DNA of 64,000 nt from an uncultured Candidatus Saccharibacteria bacterium (GTDB lineage Bacteria > Patescibacteriota > Minisyncoccia > Phycocordibacterales > UBA5272), in the NCBI GenBank assembly GCA_964468825.1, contig CAYXWO010000001.1:3234-67233 (forward strand), read 5' to 3'. The notes under the pieces are model-generated. The model made no database searches, was not told the DNA's origin, and saw nothing but the letters and a program-made list of their open reading frames with translations. The number at the start of each line of letters is the position of its first letter. The stretch's first letter is position 1. The position numbers and the translations under genes were made by a program. Shown one piece after another: positions 9,768 to 17,600 of the stretch.

Positions 9768-9956
9768 CAGGCCGCTCTCGTGGTGTTCTGCGAAAAAACC
9801 AAGGCAACTTGCAACCTCTGCCACACCTTAGGCGAGGTATACATTCGGGTAGCGAGACCTCTCAGAATTTCTGATTGCGTCGACATACCGAAGGTTCTCA
9901 CTTCCAAGACAGACCAAGATCCTTCCCGAGGCCGCTCACGCGGCCTCTTTTTTATG
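9768..9956 (+). ncRNA. candidate GC-rich small RNA (unidentified) ending in an intrinsic terminator
   Basis: ~190 nt at ~58% GC with no ORF, starting after a TATACT hexamer at 9756-9761 and ending with GAGGCCGC-tcac-GCGGCCTC+T6. No match to SRP, tmRNA or RNase P consensus that I can verify by eye. Confidence 0.25.
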
Positions 9957-10015
9957 TAATTAGTAATGCAAAAGGGAGCACGAATGCTCCCTTTCTCACC
10001 ATTGGCCGTGAGACC

Positions 10016-10399
10016 TCAGTATTTGCGCGGACCGATGCGGTAGCACGCGATGTTTGCTACTAGATTCGCCACACCGAACGTCTTCGTCGCTTTGTTGAAG
10101 GCGAGATAGAGGAACGGCTGAAGAACTTCGGGCAGCTCATTGAAGTCCGTGGATGCCCAGTGATGACGGACCTCTTCGGTGACGTCGTCTGAATGGTTGA
10201 CCATGAAGCAATTCGTTTCCTCGAACCTGCAGGACTCAAGCACCGGGACCAGGTTCAGTACGCCGTCGATGACATCTCTGGTCTCTTCGAAAGTCATTTT
10301 GTACCAGAAGTCGTCATAGCCTTGGCCGTACCCGCAGAGGAATAAGACGTTTGGCAAGTACGAAGGGCTCATCGCCCTGGAGTTCATTGCGGTTGTCAT
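10016..10399 (-). CDS. hypothetical protein (127 aa), GC-rich foreign composition
   Basis: Complete ORF at ~55% GC, flanked by hairpin AAAGGGAGCA-cgaa-TGCTCCCTTT and an upstream -35/-10-like TTGACT/TAGTTT. Confidence 0.4.
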   Translation of the reverse strand: MTTAMNSRAMSPSYLPNVLFLCGYGQGYDDFWYKMTFEETRDVIDGVLNLVPVLESCRFEETNCFMVNHSDDVTEEVRHHWASTDFNELPEVLQPFLYLAFNKATKTFGVANLVANIACYRIGPRKY

Positions 10400-10689
10400 A
10401 GAGATCCATTTCTTTTCTGACGTGACGTGTCAGCCTGGCTCTAAACTATTCCAAGCTCAAGTAAAAGTCAAACGTCTAGACCCGCGTTCATAATGGAAAG
10501 AGATGAAGGAATATGTTAGAATTCGCGAATCAATAACTTCTAATTTATATTATTTATGTCACTCTCAATCGGCATGGAGCGAACACAAACCAACATTTCT
10601 TAAGTGTTGGAAATGAAAAACTTATACCGTTCCAGTTCAACATCAAGTTGCCTTTAAAATTAAATAGTTACGAGTAGGGGGGTAGGGCC

Positions 10690-11151
10690 ATGCTCTTTTC
10701 TAAGAAAACTCTTCAAAATATCCCTCACTGTTTCAAAGCGAGACCATTTTTAGAAATTGGTAATGTGCACTTTGATATACTTAGGATATACATGACAACA
10801 ATTAAGCAGAAAGTAGCACTAGAGAAACTAGTGGAAAACGGTGGTAACGTCACAAGAGCAATGATAGATGCTGGCTACTCAGAAGCAACAGCGAACAATC
10901 CCTCAAATTTGACTCATAGCGAGGGTTTTAGGTCTTTACTTAAGCAATATGGATTAGATGAAAGCTTAGTTGTTACGGCCCTTGTAGAGGATATTAAAGG
11001 TAAGCCATTGAATAGATCTAAGGAACTACTTCTTGCCTCAGAGATTTTAGGCATGAGAAAAAACGGAGCTCTCTCAATCAAAGTTCAAGATAATAAACCC
11101 GTAATTGTATATATGCCGCAGGTTCTCATCGAGAAGTTTCATCTTAATTAG
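10690..11151 (+). CDS. small-terminase-like HTH protein (Terminase_2 / SPP1 G1P-like 'AGYS' motif)
   Basis: 'LVENGGNVTRAMIDAGYSEATA' matches the TerS HTH (cf. SPP1 G1P 'LIDLNASRAAREAGYSPKTA'). Paralogous to the ORF at 19311-19826. Confidence 0.5.
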   Translation: MLFSKKTLQNIPHCFKARPFLEIGNVHFDILRIYMTTIKQKVALEKLVENGGNVTRAMIDAGYSEATANNPSNLTHSEGFRSLLKQYGLDESLVVTALVEDIKGKPLNRSKELLLASEILGMRKNGALSIKVQDNKPVIVYMPQVLIEKFHLN

Positions 11152-11300
11152 ACTCTTCTATTTTGATGTCTGTACACAGCATCCATAAGGCACAACAAAG
11201 CGTTTAACTCAGAGTAGGCTTTGTCGTTACTTATCTCAGTGCCATACTCTTGTCTGTAAATTTCCTTGTATCTCTCAATGTCTTTTTGAGCTATTTGCAT
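11148..11300 (-). CDS. small hypothetical ORF (50 aa), convergent with and stop-overlapping the TerS-like gene
   Basis: By-eye ORF MQIAQKDIERYKEIYRQEYGTEISNDKAYSELNALLCLMDAVYRHQNRRV. Below the track cutoff. Confidence 0.2.
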   Translation of the reverse strand: MQIAQKDIERYKEIYRQEYGTEISNDKAYSELNALLCLMDAVYRHQNRRV

Positions 11301-11376
11301 GTTATTTAAAAATTTATTATTTTGGCTATATTTTATGCTACTATATTAGAATCTAAAGACTCGTTTTAAAAGTAAA

Positions 11377-12789
11377 ATGACAAAAGAAGAAATAATTAAG
11401 AAGATAAAATACGGACTTGAAATAGCAAGTGAGCTTTCTGATCTTGAATTTAAAACAGCGACCAGCTCTATTCCAAATGATATCTGGCGAAGTATTTCAG
11501 CTTTTGCAAATCGAAGAGGTGGAGGCCTCATTGTCTTTGGAGTTGATGAGAGACAAAATGCAATCACTGGATGTGCAAATATTGATCAAATGCAAACAAA
11601 ACTCACAGAGATTTTTAATGACAAGATGAGTTTTATTTTGCGTCCTGAGTACCATGTAATCGATATTGATAATAAAACGATTCTTGCGGTAAATATTCCT
11701 GAGTGTCCAAAAGATTATATGCCTTGTTATTTTAAAAACGTAGGATTGCCCAACGGAGCATACATCAGAGAGGGGAATACGAGTAGAAAAATAACAGACA
11801 ACGAGTTTCGTACTTATGTTGCAACATCAAAAGAATTTCAATTTGATCTTTCCGAAGCCAGAGGGGCTAAGAGGGGTGATATTTCTGTAGATAAAGTCGA
11901 TGCGCTTTTACGGCAGAGTGAGTCTCAATTAAATAGGGGAGCTGATCACATTGTTAATGATTCTGTACTTGAAAATCTTGGAATAGTTTCTTTGTTCGAT
12001 GGTGAGTATAAGCCAACAATTGGGGGTTATTTAATTTTCGCAAAGGACATTCCTCAAAATAAAAGCCCTTATGATCGATATGCTGTGAGATGTATTCGTT
12101 ACATTGGTAGTGATCCTTCATCTGAGATAATTGATACTATTGATGTCGCCGGAACGCTTGATACTCAAATTGATGAAGCGTATAAATTTATCTTAAAAAA
12201 TATCTCTAAAAAAGCAGTCATTGTTGGAACTAAAAGAGTCGAGGGCTACGAGTATCCAGAGGCAGCTATTCGAGAACTTGTTGCTAATGCGGTTATACAT
12301 CGTGATTATAAAATTATTGAAACGTACACACAGATTAGAATTTTCCAGGATCGCATAGAAATTACTAATCCGGGATCGCTCCCGCCTGGAGTTAATGTTG
12401 ATAATCTTAAAGAAGCTCAGTTCAGTCGCAATTCAATGATTGCAGCAAGGTTGAAAGATATGAAATATCTTGAAGAGTACGGACGAGGTATTGATATTGT
12501 TGTTAAAAAAATGTCTGAATGGAGTTTGCCTTCACCTCTATTTAGAAATTCTGTAAACAGTTTTGAAGCGATACTCTTAGGTAATACTTATCAAGATATT
12601 AACGATAGACAAATAAAAATTATTGATGTTCTTTTGATTAAAGGTCGTTTGACTGCTGCTGACTGTTTGAAGATTCTAAAGGGAATACCTCGTGCGACAA
12701 TAAATGCAGATCTTAAAAAACTAAAAGACCTCGGTGTTATTGTCACAAAAGGTGCATCTGTGAACACGTATTACATGCTCGCTTTCTAG
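11377..12789 (+). CDS. Schlafen/AlbA_2 (divergent AAA) - HATPase_c_4 - wHTH protein ('RecG-like' transcriptional regulator family)
   Basis: N-terminal AlbA_2-like region, 'ELVANAVIHRDY' HATPase_c_4 motif, C-terminal HTH. Confidence 0.65.
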   Translation: MTKEEIIKKIKYGLEIASELSDLEFKTATSSIPNDIWRSISAFANRRGGGLIVFGVDERQNAITGCANIDQMQTKLTEIFNDKMSFILRPEYHVIDIDNKTILAVNIPECPKDYMPCYFKNVGLPNGAYIREGNTSRKITDNEFRTYVATSKEFQFDLSEARGAKRGDISVDKVDALLRQSESQLNRGADHIVNDSVLENLGIVSLFDGEYKPTIGGYLIFAKDIPQNKSPYDRYAVRCIRYIGSDPSSEIIDTIDVAGTLDTQIDEAYKFILKNISKKAVIVGTKRVEGYEYPEAAIRELVANAVIHRDYKIIETYTQIRIFQDRIEITNPGSLPPGVNVDNLKEAQFSRNSMIAARLKDMKYLEEYGRGIDIVVKKMSEWSLPSPLFRNSVNSFEAILLGNTYQDINDRQIKIIDVLLIKGRLTAADCLKILKGIPRATINADLKKLKDLGVIVTKGASVNTYYMLAF

Positions 12790-12993
12790 AAGCTTTTAGA
12801 AGCAATTTAAAAATGTATTGAAAACAAAGAGTTAATTATGCTTATTCTGGTCCTAATTATTTAGATGCGATTAGAAGCATTTCTTTCGGTCCAAAAATAA
12901 TCTAAAAAGTAAAAGGCACCCATTTAGGGTACCTCTCATGTCTAGTATTTACAGTTTACGCAACAGCGGTGCCTTAAATCAAATGGCAGGGAT

Positions 12994-13383
12994 TTAGATA
13001 ATTTCGATCAATTTAAGGAGTTCTTTCTCTCTTTCAGCTTTCAGTATTTGAGCACGCTTAGAAAGCTCTATGAGGGAGAATGGAGGTTTGACATTCATAT
13101 CCATTGTCTCCTTTGGTTTGCCTATTACTTGATTGAGGAGAAAAGCAGCGACTCTTGGGTCCGGTAATTGACGGTAGACAACCTTCTCTCCATTTTCATC
13201 CTCGGTCTCGTAGTAGGACCCTTTAGCAAGTTCAATCTGACCAGTCAAAATCGGCTCTAGTTCTTCAGCTATACGCGTAACAGCATATTTCCTCGCTTCC
13301 TCAGCTTTGATGCTTGCTAAGCCTCGTTTACGGCCCGCGCCAAGCCTTCTACCTCCTCGTGTCGTTGTTATCTCCATATCCAT
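12994..13383 (-). CDS. hypothetical protein with basic Gly/Arg-rich N-terminus (RGGRRLGAGRKRG)
   Basis: Complete ORF of host-like composition. The AT-hook-like N-terminus suggests DNA binding. Confidence 0.45.
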   Translation of the reverse strand: MDMEITTTRGGRRLGAGRKRGLASIKAEEARKYAVTRIAEELEPILTGQIELAKGSYYETEDENGEKVVYRQLPDPRVAAFLLNQVIGKPKETMDMNVKPPFSLIELSKRAQILKAEREKELLKLIEII

Positions 13384-13510
13384 ATTATATTACAAAATAA
13401 GGCGATTTTATAGCATAAAAGAATTGATTAAATCAAATAATCAAAATCTTTTAATTTAACAACATAAATAAATATTGCTATAATTTACCTTGATACATAA
13501 ATACTAAAAT

Positions 13511-13978
13511 ATGAAATTTGAGACCCCTAAATTTGAGACACCTAACTTTTTGAAAGAATTCACCATAAGTGAGGCACAGCAAGTGTCTGAGATTTTTAAA
13601 ACTAACCCACATGTTCGCTCTGTTAGTTTGATAGGAGCTGTAAAACAAACACAAAAAATGCACTCCCTGCGTTTTGTTATTGAAGTTGATAGTGATGAGT
13701 TGTTTCATAATTTCGCAGAAAGCTTTTCAAAAGAAAAAGGTGATGCAATTATTGCACCGGAGAGACGATTAGAAGCACTTTCACGCGTACTCGGAGACGA
13801 TTTACTATTTAAGATTGATGAGAGTTTTACTCATGATAAACATGCAGGAAATTTCATTGATGCAGTCATCGTTCCGCCAGGTTGGCAGTCAAAAATTGAC
13901 TTTGTTCAAAGCCGATTACCCTTTGACGATATAACGACAGCTGAACTTATTGATGCACTTAAACTGTCAGAATCATAA
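13511..13978 (+). CDS. hypothetical protein (155 aa); weak nucleotidyltransferase-like G[AS]...DxD pattern
   Basis: 'LIGAV...VIEVDSDE' only loosely resembles a minimal NTase motif. Confidence 0.4.
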   Translation: MKFETPKFETPNFLKEFTISEAQQVSEIFKTNPHVRSVSLIGAVKQTQKMHSLRFVIEVDSDELFHNFAESFSKEKGDAIIAPERRLEALSRVLGDDLLFKIDESFTHDKHAGNFIDAVIVPPGWQSKIDFVQSRLPFDDITTAELIDALKLSES

Positions 13979-14038
13979 TTAAGTGGAATTATTACCGAAC
14001 CTAGATTACCAATGCCTATTGACAAAACTATATAATGT

Positions 14039-14068
14039 GTGCTATAATAAAAAGAACAAAGCTCTTTA
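14039..14068 (+). promoter_or_regulatory. consensus sigma70 promoter TTGACA-18-TATAAT
   Basis: Perfect hexamers, then SD GGAGG and ATG at 14086. Confidence 0.4.
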
Positions 14069-14085
14069 ACTAACGGAGGTGTGTC

Positions 14086-14577
14086 ATGGAGGGAACTCCT
14101 TTGCTTATTTCGTATCTTAGCTTTTTCTTCCAAGCCTGGAAGAAAGCTTACAACCTCGGCTGGATATTTCACCGGATGGTGGAAGCTCACGGCATAGAGG
14201 TTGCGCTAGCCTTTTTTAAGGAGGCTGAAGCAGCAGGCTACCCACTGGTAGCGAAGGCTACTCGCGCGCACGCTGGTACTCCGTTCTTCTTGACGGTGGT
14301 CAACAAGAGGTTCTCTGATTGGGTGTTTGCAAAGACCCCAACAGAAGAAACTTTTGTGAAGAACGTTCTTGCGAACGCGCAAAGGCTTCAAGCCACAGAA
14401 GAGATGTGGGGTGCGGCCAGCAAGGAATGCGCAGAAGATCTGCGTCAACGTGGGTGGGAAGCACTTGATACCTTAGGTGGAAAGACCAAGGGGCTCAAGA
14501 TGAATCAGCTTCGCTACGATACTCGTGGGCGTAGGACCGGCAAGGGCGCACCAGAAAGAACCTGGGCAAAAAAATAA
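14086..14577 (+). CDS. hypothetical protein (163 aa), GC-rich cassette inside the island
   Basis: ~52% GC versus ~38% for neighbours, with its own promoter, SD and terminator. Confidence 0.45.
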   Translation: MEGTPLLISYLSFFFQAWKKAYNLGWIFHRMVEAHGIEVALAFFKEAEAAGYPLVAKATRAHAGTPFFLTVVNKRFSDWVFAKTPTEETFVKNVLANAQRLQATEEMWGAASKECAEDLRQRGWEALDTLGGKTKGLKMNQLRYDTRGRRTGKGAPERTWAKK

Positions 14578-14610
14578 GAAGATTGCAGTTTGCGCACTGC
14601 ATTCAGAGAA

Positions 14611-14638
14611 GTCGACCTGTCCCGGTCGGCTTTTTTTT
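14611..14638 (+). terminator. intrinsic terminator GTCGACC-tgtcc-CGGTCGGC+T8
   Basis: Hairpin followed by a T-run. Confidence 0.55.
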
Positions 14639-14677
14639 GTTACACTTTCAACATACTTAAGTTAAAATTATCTATCT

Positions 14678-17600
14678 ATGAACGACGAAGCACCTCGCCA
14701 CCCTTGGGGGTTTAGCGCTAACACAGAAAAGCCTCCAGTAGAATTAAGCGCTCTAGCTAAGGAGTGTGGTGTTTCTGAAAAGGAAATACGTGAAGTATTA
14801 ATAAAATTAGGATGTGCAAAGCCGGAGCGTAAAGATGTACTACGCCCGCGATCTGGTAAGCCTGCAATACGAAAATCGACCCTTACTTGCTTATCTGTAG
14901 ACGCAGAACAGGTGAGAAGATATTATAAAATCGAAAATGAATCCCCATCAGTAAATGAAAATGAAAAAGAGGTAACTCAAGATAACAAACCGCCTAAAAA
15001 CTGGCCTTCGCTCGGAAGATTAAGAATAAAATTGGGGCTTGAAAGAAGTGAAATTAGGTCTTGTCTTCATGAGGTGACACTATCTGGTTTGCGCTCTGGA
15101 TTAGCAAATACTCCATTTGGAGCTTTGGTGCAGAAAAGTACTTCAGAAATGACAGTTGAATATAATGGTGTCACTTATATTTCGCCAGAAGTTGCTGAAA
15201 GACTTACAGAGTTGTCTACAACAATTTTCAGAAAACGTGATGGAGGAAAGTATCTAGATGCTTCACAAGCAATTCAGGAGCTAGGACTCGCTGATGGTAA
15301 GCCAGAAGATGCGAATGAAAAATTAAAACAGGAAATAGACAATTTTCTACAAAAATATCCTTGGTTATCTAAGGAGATAGTTGAAAAAGCAGATATTGCT
15401 GGTGGTCCTGCTACAATATACTATTCAAGAGATTTGCTTTCTTTTATTCGTAAGATAAATGAAAGCGATAATAGCTTTGTGACTGCAACTGAAGATGTTC
15501 CGGAAGGGTATATATCTGAGCGAGACATAATAAACTCGTTAGAGCTATTTCCTTCTAAGTTAGAAGTACTTAAAAAGAAAGTTTTGACAGAAGTCACTCT
15601 AGAGAAACCTATTGTTGGACTTTTCAAGCCGGGGAGTAAAGCAAAAAAAATTGAATATTTTTATTCACCAGAGCTTTTTAAAAAAATTAGTGAACTAAAG
15701 ATTTTTGACGAATCTCTACGCGAAGAAACTCTCGACGAAAGTCAGGGAGAACTGATCGTATTTGATGTTGAAACAGAAACACCAGAAGGATATATTTCAA
15801 AAAGAGAGTGTATTTCTATACTGGACATAACCCCCGAAAAATTCGAGAGATTAGTCATGGAGGTGTCCCAGCATCATCCTGAATTTTCTCGCCCAACAGT
15901 AGCTATACCCAGAACAAATCGCTCATTGCGACCACGAATTTTTTATTCGCAAGAATTAATCAAAGCTATTTCTGAATTTAAGACAGCAAATGAAAAAGAC
16001 TCTCCAGTAGAAATAAAACAAGAGGCTATTCCAGAGGGTTATATATCTCTACTTGATTGCACTATTAGTTTAGGTATAAGCGCAAATAAAGTTCAACAGT
16101 TGGTAGATGAATGTCTTTATCTTCGACCAACACTAAAGCAAGAAGGGGTAATAAACAGAAGAAGAGGACAGTCTCGTGGCCTCAGTGTGTTTTACTCGCC
16201 TGAACTCGTGTCAGCAATAACTGAACTAAAACAAAAAAATGATAAACTTCAACGAGAAAAAATTGAAGATGCCCAGAGAATCCTAGAAGAAACAATAAAA
16301 TTAAAAGAAAGGCTAGCTTCTGTGCTCGATGATATAAGTCGAGGTTTGCCTGAAACCGCTCCCTTTAGGAGGGCTGTATCACTTTTCGGCGGAGCAAGAA
16401 CAATAGATCTTCTTAAAAAATTCTACCCCGAATTTGTAGAAATTCCAGCTCAATATATGCAAAAGGAGGTCGCTTCGTACTTAAGTGACTATATGGTTTC
16501 TCGTTCAGAAAATGTTATTGAAGACCTGGACGCAGCAGTACCCTTCCTTCATGAGAAAGTTTTTAGTGAGACCCTGTTTACTATCTTGAAAAATAACTGT
16601 GCGATCTACTATAGCAAAAAAAAGAGAGAGTCACGAGAGCGGACAGACCAGGAAATTCTAGATGAGTACTACTTAATATTGGAGCAAAAAGCTGAGTTAC
16701 TCAAGAGTAATGAACTTAGAGTGGTAGTTAAAGGCATTGAGGAATATATACAGTCATTACTTAATGATTTTCAAAAACCTGAAGCAATTGTCGATGAACT
16801 TAATGCTGGAAGAGAATTCCCTGACCTAAATCAAATTATTAATATCAAAGAGGTTGCAGATAATAGACATGTATTGATTGGAGATGAGATGGGAATGGGG
16901 AAAAGTGGGTCGGCTATTTTATCGAAAGAATACCTCGGAGTAAGTACCGCGATCGTCATTGCCCCAAGCAATGCAATTGATATGTGGAAAGAGTACTTAT
17001 CTGCTAACGTATCTCCATCTGGAAAGCAAGTCGGGTACTTTAAACCAGGGAAGGCACCTCGGGTTCTTGAAATTCAGAGTGTTGACGACTTAAGTAAAGC
17101 ACGAAGTCAGGAATACGATTATGTCCTTATATCTCACGATCGAATTAGTGAAGAACTAGCAACTAAATTAAGAGAGGTATCTTACGAGATGGTAATTGTT
17201 GATGAAGCGCATAAATTCAAAAATATTACTGGAGGCAAAAGATCTAACGCCTTGCTGGGCATGTTAGAGGATTGTGAAGATAGAGATACATACACAGTAC
17301 TCCTTTCGGGTACGCCAATTCCAAATAAAATTCGAGATATGGCTATAATTTTAAAATTATTATACCCAGACAGATTTGGGCATATGGATAACAACTTATT
17401 GGTTTCAAGTATTATTAGAGGAGATCTCACTGATTTGCGTGAGTTACTTCTATTAAGGACTCAGATGAAAAAACTATCTGAAAGTATTCAAATGCCGAAA
17501 AAAGAGGAACGGTTGGACTTTGTAACTTTATCTGAAGGAGAAAGGGAGCTTTATCAGGTAGTAATGGAAGATGATCAAATGAATTCCATGGAAAGGCTTT

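Noticed and set aside
9768-9956. Identification of the GC-rich ORF-less unit as SRP (4.5S), 6S, tmRNA or RNase P RNA
   Set aside because: The conserved helix-8 GGAA/AGCAG motif (SRP) and the tRNA-like end (tmRNA) were not found. Kept only as an unidentified candidate sRNA.
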